From an uncultured Chloroflexia bacterium (GTDB taxonomy: Bacteria; Chloroflexota; Chloroflexia; Thermomicrobiales; CFX8), in contig CAVPYN010000011.1 in assembly GCA_963709995.1 (NCBI GenBank), forward strand, positions 119,604 to 183,603: a stretch of 64,000 bases of DNA, read 5' to 3'. The notes beneath the pieces are model-generated. The model searched no databases and had not been told where the DNA came from. It saw only the letters and a list, made by a program, of their open reading frames with translations. The position numbers and the translations under genes were made by a program. How positions within the stretch are numbered: the first letter of the stretch is position 1; each line of letters starts with the position of its first letter. Positions 13,744-23,590 of the stretch are shown in pieces.

Positions 13744-14043
13744 CTACGCTGCTAGCGCTTCCTCACGGAGGATACTCGCGATCTTGCCGAAGCTCCAGCC
13801 TTCTCGTTCCGAGCGGCGCTCGACCTGGGCAATGTGCTTGCACATGCCGGTGTACAGGTAGCCGTCGCACTCACATTCCCAACCGTGTACCGATCGGGTG
13901 ATGTGGTAGATCCCACGTCCATTCTGCGAACGGGACCAGTAGCAGCGTCGTGGCTCAACCTCGTACACACGCACTCCACGCTGATAGGCGCGGGCGCGAG
14001 CTTCAAAGAGTCGCGCAGTCAGTGGTTTCGTGAAATGCCTCAT
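13744..14043 (-). CDS. Small SWIM zinc-finger protein
   Basis: CECDGYLYTGMCKHIAQV matches the CxC...CxH SWIM signature. ATG 14043 is preceded by GAGGAG. Confidence 0.6.
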   Translation of the reverse strand: MRHFTKPLTARLFEARARAYQRGVRVYEVEPRRCYWSRSQNGRGIYHITRSVHGWECECDGYLYTGMCKHIAQVERRSEREGWSFGKIASILREEALAA

Positions 14044-14224
14044 TGCAGCATCTCCTCGTTCATCAGTTGCCAAATATGAACAAATGTTCGTACTAATCTT
14101 ACCATTTTCCATGACCGGAAGTCACATTTCAGCCGGGTCGATGGTCGAAAAGATGACGTAGTCCAAAACAGGCACTACAATAGGCATCGGGGTTTCTGAA
14201 CCACGCTACCGGGGGCGTTCCAGC

Positions 14225-15140
14225 GTGAAGAATCACGAATACGCAAGCCACGTCTCGACGTCGACGAGCGAAGCGGTTGCGCTCGACCGGGCGCGTCTGC
14301 TTGGCGCCGCGTCGCTAGCTGGCACGGTCATGTTGCTGGCGCTTGGCACTGTTCTGGCTGCCGCGGATGGTACATCCTCCTGTGAAGGCTGGCCGCTCTG
14401 CACCAGTGATTCAACAGCCCTGAGCATGCTGAACATCAGCCATCGCCTGGGAAGCTTGGCCCTGATCCTGGCAACCGGTGGGCTTGCCCTGTTGAGCTAT
14501 TCGCGATTGCGGCCCATGATCTGGCTCCATCGCCTCGCCGCCGCCGTCTTCATCCTGGTTCTGGGGCAGTCGGTGCTTGGCGGTCTCGGGGTCGCCTTCG
14601 ATTTTCCTGGTTGGGCAAGCGCGATCCATCTCAGCCTCGCTATGTCGATCAGCGATCGGACTTCTCGACGACCACGCTGCTGCTCGCGCCGTCCGCGCAG
14701 TCGCCGTGCCCGAGCCAAGTCGCGTCACTCGCGGGCGGCGCAACGGTAGCGCTCGCTCCTAACGCTGGTTGTTGCTGCGGCATTCGTCGGTCAGCATCGA
14801 AACGGGTGGCATCGGCAAGCCGCTGGTTCGGCCGGAATTCATCTTCCCATCTCTGCTTCTCGGAATTGGACTAACCGTCGCGCTCGCGGCGCGCGTTCGC
14901 TGGTCGCCAGGACATGCCACTTCTTCCGCGACGTCTCGCCGAAACAGCAGCGATCTCGCTCTCGCTGGCCGCTTTTGTCGTTCTCGCAGCCCACGGGCTG
15001 ACGCCGTTCCCGGCGGAGATGGGCGCAGCCGCGCTCGTTTTGGCGATGTTCGCTGGAATCTGCCTGACTGGCATCGTCATCTTCACCAATGCCGACTCAA
15101 TCGAGGCGGTCTCGGCGCAACCGTCACGGATGCTGACCTC
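14225..15140 (+). pseudogene. ctaA: Heme A synthase-like (CtaA/COX15) membrane protein; frame lost after about 14650
   Basis: CEGWPLC, HRLGS and IHLSLAM motifs are in ORF 14225..14749. Further TM helices appear in other frames (14769.., 14914..). The exact path is unresolved. Confidence 0.45.
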
Positions 15141-15148
15141 GGCACACG

Positions 15149-16019
15149 TTGAGACCGGTCGCCCGCGACTATTTACGCGTCACCAAACCCGCCATCATGC
15201 TCCTGCTACTGACGACGACTTTTGGTGCGATGCTCGTCGCGGCAGCCGGCTGGCCCGGTTTCGGCCTCGTCGGTTGGACGCTGCTCGGCGGGGCACTGGC
15301 CTCGGCGGGAGCAAGCGCGTTCAACTGCTATCTCGATCGCGACATCGACCACGTCATGGCACGCACACGCAAACGTCCGATTCCAACCGGTTCACTCTCC
15401 GCGGCGCAGGTACGCAATTACGCCCTGTCTCTTGAGCATCGCGTCGGTGCTCGTCTTGACGACCTTCGTCAATCCACTGGCAGCTTTGCTGGCTGTCGGC
15501 GGCAATTTCTTCTACGTCATCATCTACACGCTCTGGCTCAAGCGCACGACACCTCAGAACATCGTCATCGGCGGAGCCGCCGGGTCGTTCCCGCCGCTCG
15601 TCGGCTGGGCGGCCGTTACCGGATCGCTCGGGGTCGCGCCGCTATTGATCGCGGCGATCATCTTCTACTGGACGCCCCCGCACTTCTGGAGTCTGGCGCT
15701 GCTGAAAGCCAATGACTACCGCCGGGCCGGCGATTCCCGATGTTGCCGGTCAGCCATGGGGAGCCGCACACACGCCGCTCGATCCTGCTCTACACACTGC
15801 TGCTGATACCGATTACGTTGTTGCTGTCGATCGTCGGGCCGCTCGGCTGGCATCTACCTCGTTGCCGCATCGCTGCTAGGAGCTATCTTCCTCGGCTACG
15901 CGGTCCAGATGTATCGCGAACAGGACAACCGACTGGCCTGGAGGTTCTTCAAGTACTCCAATTACTACCTGGCACTATTGCTGGCGGTGATGGTCCTGGA
16001 CGCCATCATCGGGGGATAG
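15149..16019 (+). pseudogene. ctaB: Protoheme IX farnesyltransferase, three frame breaks (about 15430, 15738, 15850)
   Basis: [72 protein letters not shown] and a YLVAASLLGAIFLGYAVQMY tail are spread over frames 2, 3, 2 and 3, ending at TAG 16017-16019. Confidence 0.8.
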
Positions 16020-16319
16020 TCATGGTTTCTCGGGCCGCTATTCACAGACCCGAATAATTTCGGGAGGCGGCGTGGAACAACAGCCAGTCAGCGACCGGTA
16101 TTGTCAAACGCAATCTCAGTGAATGTTCGTTTCTATAGGAAGCCGTGCCGCACTCTTCCTGATTCCCTGGGCTCGCGCATCCATCGCATGCGTGCGCCAG
16201 CGACGCACAGTGCCGCAGCTACAGGCAGCGCACTGTCGGCCCTGCCTGCACGACATTGCCCAAATGCATCATTCGACATAGATGCGACGCGACATGTCGC
16301 CTATTGCTACAGGCGGGTG

Positions 16320-18554
16320 TCACTGCAATGACCGGACGACAAGGTTGGCGAACTCATACTCAGCCGGGGAATCGCCGTAATTATTGACGATGATGCCGAT
16401 GTTGCCGCCCGGCGGACCGGTGTGATGGGCGGTTCCAGCCAGGGTATCGTTGACGTAGAACCAGAGGTTCTCACCCTGAAGGATCATCTTTAGCCGCGCC
16501 CAGTTGTCGGGCGTCGCCGCGGTAAACGTGCCGTATCCGAGCAACGGTTCTTTTGTCGACGCGTCGGCGCCGTTGAACGTCTCGTAATACGCCCAGACTC
16601 CACCGGAACCGTCGATGCAGAGCGAGTAATCGTACGATTGGCTCACACTGTCGAGGCGTGCCATTACGCATGCGTCGGCGATGTCCTCACCAACAATCCG
16701 CCGCACATCGACGGACACGCTGAAATCGGTATAGGGTTGTTCGGGAGTCCAGGAAGAATAGACCCAACCATCCGAACCAGACTCTTCGAGAATGTGATAG
16801 GTCCCGTCGGCGATATGAAGTTCGCCGTTATCCAGTGTTCCGACGAACCAGTTGCTCAAATCCGTTTCCAGCAGGCTCTCGCCCTCGGCCGGCGCGGGGA
16901 GCTGCGGCACAGGCGTCGGGGTGAGGATAATAATCGGGGTGCGGGTGGGAATCGGCGCTAACGTTGGCCGCAACGTGGCTGTTGCGGCTGGCTGCAGCGT
17001 GGCTTCTGCAGTCGGTGTCCGGGTTAGCCCCGGTGTCGGCGTGTTCACGGATGCTGGTGCCACTGCGGGTACAGTCGAGGTCGCCGTCGATGTCGGAAGC
17101 ACGGCACCTACCCGCGTTGGAGTCTCGCCTGGAGCTACCGCTAGCTGATTTGGCGGCGTTGCTGTCGGATCATCATCGCTTCCGGCGCCTCCAACGATGC
17201 CGAACTGAAAGGAAGCCAGCGAAATCAACGCAACCAACGCGATGATGACGCCACCAGCAACAACGTAACGCATTCCTTCACTACCAGGTGTGTCCGATGT
17301 CGCAACTGAAGACCCATCACCCGGCGGAATCTGCCCGGCAACGCCGGTCGCCATCTCTTCGCGGTCACGAGTTCTCGCCGTCGTTGCTTCCGATTGGCGT
17401 ATCTGTTCACTGCCCGGCTCCGCGGCGACGCTCGGACTTGCCGCCACATCGGGATTGAGACGTTCGGTCGCAATCCTGTAGGGCGTCAGATTAGCGGTGG
17501 TCCAGTAGACTGTTTCTGGCAACCGGGACACCTCAAAGGGTCCGATTCGACCACCCAGATCTTCAGCCGGCACGATCGCAAAGATCGCCTGGATAAGATC
17601 ATCCGCGAACTCGGACACAGTCTGATACCGGTCCGACGGAGCCTTCGCCAGTGCCCGCTGAACGACATCGTTGATTTCGGGAGTGAGGTCGGAATTCAGC
17701 TCGTGGACCGGTGCTGGCTCATCGTGAAGATGAGCCAGCAACATTGCGTGCTGCGGGCGATCCCCGAAGGGTGTCGTTCCAGTCAGCATTTCATAGGTGA
17801 CGACGCCGAGTTGGTAGATATCGGTTTGCGGTGTGACGGTAGCGCCGCTTACCTGCTCCGGCGCCATGTAGGCTGGCGTGCCGAGTAGCGCGCCGGTCAT
17901 CGTCACCCGAACATCCTGCAACACGCGAGCCAGGCCAAAGTCGGTAATCGTCAGCCAGCCGCGATCGTCAATGATCATATTCCCGGGTTTGACGTCGCGA
18001 TGGACGACACCTTGTTGATGGGCGTATTCGAGCGCTGATGCCGCCTGCCCTACGTAGGCTGCCACACGGCGCAAGTCGAGGCGTTCGTTTTGGAGAATCC
18101 GGGCGAGGGTGGCGCCTTCGAGAAACTTCATCGCCAGGAAGTGATACTGCTCGATCCGGCCCGTGTCGTAGACCGGCACGATGTTAGGGTGGTCAAGCTT
18201 CGCGACAGCGCGTGCCTCGCGGATGAAGCGATCAATGAACGATTCGTCCTCGGCAAGCTCGGGCCGCAACAACTTCAGAGCGCACTCGCGGTCAAGATTG
18301 ATCTGGCGGGCACGATAGACCCGCGCCATGCCACCTCGACCTAGTTCGTCGAGGATATGGTAGTTGCCGAGTTGCTCGCCTATCAGGCGTTCCACGATCG
18401 CGTCACATTCTTGCCGGTCGACAAAACTGATGTCATCTGGTTGATTGGAAACAGCTCGAATGCAAGTCTCACCCACCGGCCCGTTGCCGTCAAGCGGGAG
18501 CTCATGAACAACTTGTCCACGAGTCAGCGCCACTCGCTGGAAACCGGACTTCAA
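16320..18554 (-). CDS. Ser/Thr protein kinase with TM segment, Pro/Thr-rich linker and C-terminal LamG/DUF1080-like jelly-roll domain
   Basis: GRGGMARVYRA, HRDVKPGNMII, DFGLA and APE kinase motifs. A hydrophobic helix lies mid-protein, followed by a beta-rich C-terminal domain. Confidence 0.85.
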   Translation of the reverse strand: MKSGFQRVALTRGQVVHELPLDGNGPVGETCIRAVSNQPDDISFVDRQECDAIVERLIGEQLGNYHILDELGRGGMARVYRARQINLDRECALKLLRPELAEDESFIDRFIREARAVAKLDHPNIVPVYDTGRIEQYHFLAMKFLEGATLARILQNERLDLRRVAAYVGQAASALEYAHQQGVVHRDVKPGNMIIDDRGWLTITDFGLARVLQDVRVTMTGALLGTPAYMAPEQVSGATVTPQTDIYQLGVVTYEMLTGTTPFGDRPQHAMLLAHLHDEPAPVHELNSDLTPEINDVVQRALAKAPSDRYQTVSEFADDLIQAIFAIVPAEDLGGRIGPFEVSRLPETVYWTTANLTPYRIATERLNPDVAASPSVAAEPGSEQIRQSEATTARTRDREEMATGVAGQIPPGDGSSVATSDTPGSEGMRYVVAGGVIIALVALISLASFQFGIVGGAGSDDDPTATPPNQLAVAPGETPTRVGAVLPTSTATSTVPAVAPASVNTPTPGLTRTPTAEATLQPAATATLRPTLAPIPTRTPIIILTPTPVPQLPAPAEGESLLETDLSNWFVGTLDNGELHIADGTYHILEESGSDGWVYSSWTPEQPYTDFSVSVDVRRIVGEDIADACVMARLDSVSQSYDYSLCIDGSGGVWAYYETFNGADASTKEPLLGYGTFTAATPDNWARLKMILQGENLWFYVNDTLAGTAHHTGPPGGNIGIIVNNYGDSPAEYEFANLVVRSLQ

Positions 18555-18627
18555 CCGCCGGGCTGGCTATACTTGTCACAATTATCGGGGCTTGGCCATG
18601 TCTACATTAGGAAGAAGATGAACTAGA

Positions 18628-19314
18628 GTGCCAGAACAGCGAAATCCAACGGTCTATTCGAACTTCTGGATCTACGGACTCGATCGGGACTGGCGCAAGC
18701 TATCGCAGGACGAGCGAAATAACGCCAGATGCGCGCTGAAGGAGATCCTCTGCGGGAGCGAAGCCGCCGGAGTCACCTTACGCGGCGCATATTCCACGGT
18801 TGGACTCCGGCACGATGCTGACCTGATCCTCTGGACCGTTACCACAGACCTCGACGCGATGCAGCAGCTTGCCGTCGACATCAATCGTTCGGAGTTAGGG
18901 AAGTACCTCGAAAACCGCTACACCTATCTGGGCATCGCCCTGGGTTCGCGCTATACAACCGATCACGCCCCAGCGTTCATCGCTGGAACGCCGCCGAAGC
19001 GGTACCTGAGCGTCTATCCTTTCATCAAGTCTCACGAGTGGTACCAGCTTCCGTTCGAGGAGCGGCGCAAGGCGATGGCCGAGCACGGCGTGATGGGGCG
19101 CGAGTATCCGGAGATCCTTACCAACACCACCAGTGCCTTCGGAATCGCCGATCACGAATTCGTCGTCGCCCTCGAAACTGATGACCTCGAAGACATGGTC
19201 AAGATGGTCGAATACCTGCGGGGCGCAGCCTCGCGGCCGTACACGACCGTCGACACGCCGATCTTCCTGGGGGTACTCAAAGACATCGAAGACGTGCTGG
19301 CCGATCTGGGCTAA
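18628..19314 (+). CDS. hemQ: Chlorite dismutase family protein / coproheme decarboxylase
   Basis: LSVYPFIKSHEWYQLPFEERRKAMAEHG...FVVALETDDL is typical of the HemQ/Cld family. Confidence 0.8.
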   Translation: MPEQRNPTVYSNFWIYGLDRDWRKLSQDERNNARCALKEILCGSEAAGVTLRGAYSTVGLRHDADLILWTVTTDLDAMQQLAVDINRSELGKYLENRYTYLGIALGSRYTTDHAPAFIAGTPPKRYLSVYPFIKSHEWYQLPFEERRKAMAEHGVMGREYPEILTNTTSAFGIADHEFVVALETDDLEDMVKMVEYLRGAASRPYTTVDTPIFLGVLKDIEDVLADLG

Positions 19315-19348
19315 ACGATCGAACAAGCTCTCGAAACGGGGGATCGCG

Positions 19349-20182
19349 ATGGGTCGCTGGAAAGACGGCAAACAATGCGCCGTCATGCTCACCTTCGATG
19401 TGGATGGAGAAACCCTCTGGCTGAGCGGGGATATCTCCCGGTTGGATCAGCCCGGAATGCTTTCGCAAGGCACCTACGGACCCCGAGTTGCCGTTCCGTT
19501 GATCTTGAACGTGCTGCGTCTCAAGGATCTCAAGGCAACGTTCTTCGTTCCCGGCTGGACCGCCGAGCATCACCAGAAGAGTCTCGTTACCGTTGTTGAG
19601 CACGGCCATGAAATCGGACACCACGGATGGCTCCACGAGTGGACGACCTCGTTGACCCACGATGAGGAACGCGAAGTGCTGGAAAAAGGACTGCGCGCCC
19701 TCCATGAGTTGACCGGAAAGAATCCGACCGGCTACCGGTCTCCAGCCTGGGAGTTCTCTGACAATACGCTGTCATTGTTGAGCGAATACGGATTTGCCTA
19801 TTCCTCGAATCTGATGAGTCACTTCATTCCATGGGAACATCCGGGCAACGGGATCATCGAGCTTCCGGTTTCCTGGCTGCTCGACGACGCGCCCTTCTTT
19901 CTCTATGGCCCAGGACGCAATACCCGACCGATCCATTCCGCCGAGGACGTCTTTCAAGTGTGGACCGAGGAATTTCGCGGGATTTACCAGTACGGCGGCC
20001 TCTTTAATCTGACGATGCACCCACAGATTATTGGCCGGCCGGGTCGGGTTCAGATGCTCAGCCGGCTGATTGACTACATCAACCAGTTTCCCGATGTCTG
20101 GTGGGCGACCGGCTCCGAAGTCGCGAGCTACTGGGCCGAGCACGGCGCGAGCCCGGTAAGTGGCGCATCGTTCGACATGTAG
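19349..20182 (+). CDS. Polysaccharide deacetylase family protein
   Basis: MGRWKDGKQCAVMLTFDVDGETLW, FFVPGWTAEHH and GHHGWLHE motifs. The internal ATG 19349 lies after the hemQ stop. Confidence 0.8.
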   Translation: MGRWKDGKQCAVMLTFDVDGETLWLSGDISRLDQPGMLSQGTYGPRVAVPLILNVLRLKDLKATFFVPGWTAEHHQKSLVTVVEHGHEIGHHGWLHEWTTSLTHDEEREVLEKGLRALHELTGKNPTGYRSPAWEFSDNTLSLLSEYGFAYSSNLMSHFIPWEHPGNGIIELPVSWLLDDAPFFLYGPGRNTRPIHSAEDVFQVWTEEFRGIYQYGGLFNLTMHPQIIGRPGRVQMLSRLIDYINQFPDVWWATGSEVASYWAEHGASPVSGASFDM

Positions 20183-20187
20183 CGCGG

Positions 20188-20619
20188 TTGGTTCAACCGG
20201 AGGGACGGCCGGAGATCGACGATCAGTTCAACGATCCGAAGCTCTTCACCCTTGAAGAAGCGCGAGCAATGATGCCAGCACTCCGCGACGCCGTTAGCGA
20301 ACTCCAATCGCAAAAGAAGCACCTGGACGCATTGCGTAAGACGCTGCGCCAGCTTACGCCTGCGATGCGCTCCAATGGCCATGCCGAGGAAGCTGGCGAC
20401 GTCGAACAACGCATTCAGGATCAGATCGTGTTGCTGCGCAGGGGGCTCGAAGCGATTGGCGACGCCGGTGTTCTGGTCAAGGATATCGAGATGGGATTGG
20501 TTGATTTCCCGTCGATGCGCGAGGGCCACATCGTCTACCTCTGCTGGATGATCAGCGAACCCGACATCACCCACTGGCACAACGTCGACGAGGGCTTCGG
20601 CGGCCGGCAACGACTGTAG
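20188..20619 (+). CDS. DUF2203 domain protein
   Basis: KLFTLEEARAMMPALRD...LVDFPS...GHIVYLCW...WH pattern. The start is uncertain (in-frame TTG at 20188). Confidence 0.55.
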   Translation: MVQPEGRPEIDDQFNDPKLFTLEEARAMMPALRDAVSELQSQKKHLDALRKTLRQLTPAMRSNGHAEEAGDVEQRIQDQIVLLRRGLEAIGDAGVLVKDIEMGLVDFPSMREGHIVYLCWMISEPDITHWHNVDEGFGGRQRL

Positions 20620-20653
20620 CGTCCCCTCCGCACGCAGATCTGCGAAGACGATC

Positions 20654-21163
20654 CTACGCCGACTCCGCCCGTCGCAAGACGAGAAAATCGTCAACGGCGA
20701 ACAACCGGTGCGTGCGTTGGACATTTGGCGGGAAATACGGGTTCCCTACCTCGGATGGAACCAGCTCCGGTTCTTCAAGCTGGTGCGTATCGCCTTCGTG
20801 CACGAGCTCGGCCGAGCCCGCGGCGCGCACATTCTTGAACCAATCCGGGCTTGTTCCATATGGAAGAGCGATCACAAAGCCATCTTCGGTCTTCACCGCT
20901 CCTACGGGGGTTTCATACAGGGCGCCTGACGTTCTTCCAACGTGGCGAATCACCGACGCTGGGCCGCCGGGCTGTCCTGCCGTCTTCATCACCATGCGGT
21001 TTCCAGCGGCCCGACCAAACTGACGCACCCTATCCTGGACAGGTCGATACTTCATTCGCATCGAGATAACGAACACCGCTGCAAGCATCAGCAATGCAAC
21101 GATGAGCCCACCGAATCCAAATCTAATCCCTCTCAAAGTGCATGGCTCCTTCCCAATCAACAT
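20654..21163 (-). CDS. Deazaflavin-dependent nitroreductase family (DUF385) protein with N-terminal TM anchor
   Basis: VIRHVGRTSGALYETPVGAVKTEDGFVIALPYGTSPDWFKNVRAAG. An internal Met was chosen because ORF start 21376 would overlap the divergent gene. Confidence 0.65.
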   Translation of the reverse strand: MLIGKEPCTLRGIRFGFGGLIVALLMLAAVFVISMRMKYRPVQDRVRQFGRAAGNRMVMKTAGQPGGPASVIRHVGRTSGALYETPVGAVKTEDGFVIALPYGTSPDWFKNVRAAGSAELVHEGDTHQLEEPELVPSEVGNPYFPPNVQRTHRLFAVDDFLVLRRAESA

Positions 21164-21330
21164 AGACCATTGGCGAGCGCTCCGCCTCCCACACCATACC
21201 GCAATCTGACGTCCGGGCGAGCCGAAGGCATCTACGTGAGCGACGTCCTTTGAACCCATTGTCGGTAGAATGTTGCCATTGAGGCGATTGATTAACGACC
21301 ATCGACCTAGCGCGTAATCAGCTGAAGAAA

Positions 21331-22344
21331 ATGGGACGTATGCCAGAATTTCACGTCGTAGCCACCAGTGATCCACTCTACCGGGTTGATGTTGACACGA
21401 TGCGGGCGGTGTTTGGTGAGCGGGCGTCAGTCAGCGAGTTTTCGTTGCCGCGCGTCCGGCAATCTGGCGCGGCTCTCGCCCGTGTCGTGTCAGAACTTGA
21501 AGCCGCGGACGGCATGCTGGTCAGGATCGGCACGCTATCTCGAGAGATCATCGAGCGCCTGCCCCGCCTCAGGATCGTCGCCCTGCATGGCGTCGGAGTG
21601 GATCAGGTTGATGTCGTCGCCGCGACCGAACATGGCATCTACGTCACCAACGTTCCCGGCGGCAACACCCCGGGCGTCGTCGAACTGACGATTGGTTTGA
21701 TGATCGCCATGCTGCGGCGGATACCAGCAGCCGACGCCGGGCTACGGACCAACCACGATTGGGATGGTTCGCGGTTCCTTGGCTCCGAAGTCGGCAGCCG
21801 GACTGTCGGACTGATCGGCTTCGGCAACATCGCTCGCGGGGTGGCCCGGGTCTGCCAGGCATTCGGCGCGACGGTGATCGCGACCCGCCGGTTGCCGGCT
21901 GACGGCAGCATCGACGGGGTTGAGATCATCGGATTCAGTGAGGTGGTTCGACGCGCCGACATTCTCAGCCTGCATGTGCCCTTGAATGACGAAACCCGCG
22001 GGATGATTGACAGCGCCCGCGTCTTCAGCCGGATGAAGCCGGGCAGCTATATGGTCAATGTCTCCCGTGGACCGATCGTCGTTCAGCATGATCTCATCGC
22101 GGCGCTTCAGAGCGGGCAGCTTGCCGGCGCCGCGCTGGATGTGCTGGAGTCGGAGCCACCCGACTTCAACAGCCCGCTCTTTCAGATGCCGAACGTCGTC
22201 GTCACTCCTCATATGGCCGGCAGCTCGCATGAATCACTGGCAACGATCGCCCGGCGCGCCAGTGAGGACATCCTGCGCGTTCTAGACGGTGGACAGCCTC
22301 TCCATGCGGCAAATACCCCCTCGCACTTGAGGGCCGGGACGTGA
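21331..22344 (+). CDS. D-isomer-specific 2-hydroxyacid dehydrogenase (PGDH-like)
   Basis: GLIGFGNIARGVA NAD-binding motif, LSLHVPL, and VNVSRGPIV...LDVLESEP...TPHMAGSS. Confidence 0.85.
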   Translation: MGRMPEFHVVATSDPLYRVDVDTMRAVFGERASVSEFSLPRVRQSGAALARVVSELEAADGMLVRIGTLSREIIERLPRLRIVALHGVGVDQVDVVAATEHGIYVTNVPGGNTPGVVELTIGLMIAMLRRIPAADAGLRTNHDWDGSRFLGSEVGSRTVGLIGFGNIARGVARVCQAFGATVIATRRLPADGSIDGVEIIGFSEVVRRADILSLHVPLNDETRGMIDSARVFSRMKPGSYMVNVSRGPIVVQHDLIAALQSGQLAGAALDVLESEPPDFNSPLFQMPNVVVTPHMAGSSHESLATIARRASEDILRVLDGGQPLHAANTPSHLRAGT

Positions 22345-22486
22345 CAGTGTGCCCGGACAGGGTGCTTGAGAGCGCAACCTGGATCGGGCCGGAACGTTGA
22401 TCGAGCGATGGCAAGTCACGATTCTGGCGGGTGGTAAACTCTGCCATATCCTCGGAATGAGGGCTGGATTTGGAGATCAATCCAAG

Positions 22487-22798
22487 ATGGTTGTTGTCGA
22501 CTCAATCCGGGATCGCGCTGGTCTCGAACGTAAACTCGCGCTGAACGCCTACAACGTCGACCCGAACCGGGTGCATATCTGGATCATCGATCATCAGGTT
22601 TGCCTGCAATGCGAACGACAGCAGTGCATCAACTGCTGCCCGGCCGCCTGTTACGCCCCGCGGGAAAACGGCACGGTGCTCTTTTCCTATGAGGGCTGCG
22701 TCGAATGCGGCACGTGCCGGATCGTCTGCAATGAGTTCGAGAACATTGGCTGGACCTACCCGACCGGCGGGCACGGCATCCAGTACCGGTTCGGCTAG
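22487..22798 (+). CDS. fixX: FixX-type ferredoxin-like protein
   Basis: CLQCERQQCINCCPAACY...YEGCVECGTCRIVC...WTYPTGGHGIQYRFG. Confidence 0.75.
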   Translation: MVVVDSIRDRAGLERKLALNAYNVDPNRVHIWIIDHQVCLQCERQQCINCCPAACYAPRENGTVLFSYEGCVECGTCRIVCNEFENIGWTYPTGGHGIQYRFG

Positions 22799-22845
22799 TA
22801 CCCGCCTTCTCCTATTGGATTACGTAGAAATGGACCGCCTAAGCG

Positions 22846-23385
22846 ATGTTCTGGGCCGAACGCCACGTCCTCTGTTGCACCGCGATTCACTGCATGAAGC
22901 TAGGCAGTTCGACTGTCGCCGGTCGCCTGCGCATCGAGCTCAAGCGCCGGGGGCTTGACGAGAGAATCATGTGCAACACCTGCGATTCGATCGAAGTTTG
23001 CGACATGGGGCCGAACATCGTCGTCTACCCGGAAGGAATCATCTATTCCGGCGTCCAGGTCTCGGACATCAAAGAGATCATCGCTCACCTCGAAGGAGGG
23101 CCGCCGGTCGAACGGCTCATGCTGACCCCCGACCGGGAGGATGAAGTCAACCGGCGCAACCTCTACGCCGCGGCTGCAGCCAAAGGCGAACACATCGACT
23201 ACGAGCGCTTCGTCGCCATCGCCGCCGGCCACGGCCTGGACGAGCGCTGGATCGCCGGACAGAAGGCACGCGGCTTTATCGCGGTGAGGGACGCAGGAGA
23301 AGGCGAAGGGCAGGTGGTCACGATCACGTCGAAGACGAAGATCCGTTACTTCTTTGACCGTTCCGAATCTATGCCCAACACCTAG
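22846..23385 (+). CDS. Thioredoxin-like [2Fe-2S] ferredoxin domain protein with C-terminal extension
   Basis: HVLCCTAIHC...CNTCDSIEVCDMGPNIVVYPEGIIY. Confidence 0.65.
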   Translation: MFWAERHVLCCTAIHCMKLGSSTVAGRLRIELKRRGLDERIMCNTCDSIEVCDMGPNIVVYPEGIIYSGVQVSDIKEIIAHLEGGPPVERLMLTPDREDEVNRRNLYAAAAAKGEHIDYERFVAIAAGHGLDERWIAGQKARGFIAVRDAGEGEGQVVTITSKTKIRYFFDRSESMPNT

Positions 23386-23590
23386 CCTTCATATCGGAGC
23401 AGCACGCGGTGACAGAGACACTGGCCAGCGCCATAGCCAACAACGCATCAGCAGAGCCTCCATATCTGGTTGCTGGAGATCAACGACAAGGATCGGCAAG
23501 GATCACACGCCGGTGAGTCTCGCGACGAAACCGCCGGAATCGCCAACGCCCGATCTGCCGGACGATCCAAATGGGGAATCGAACCAGCAG

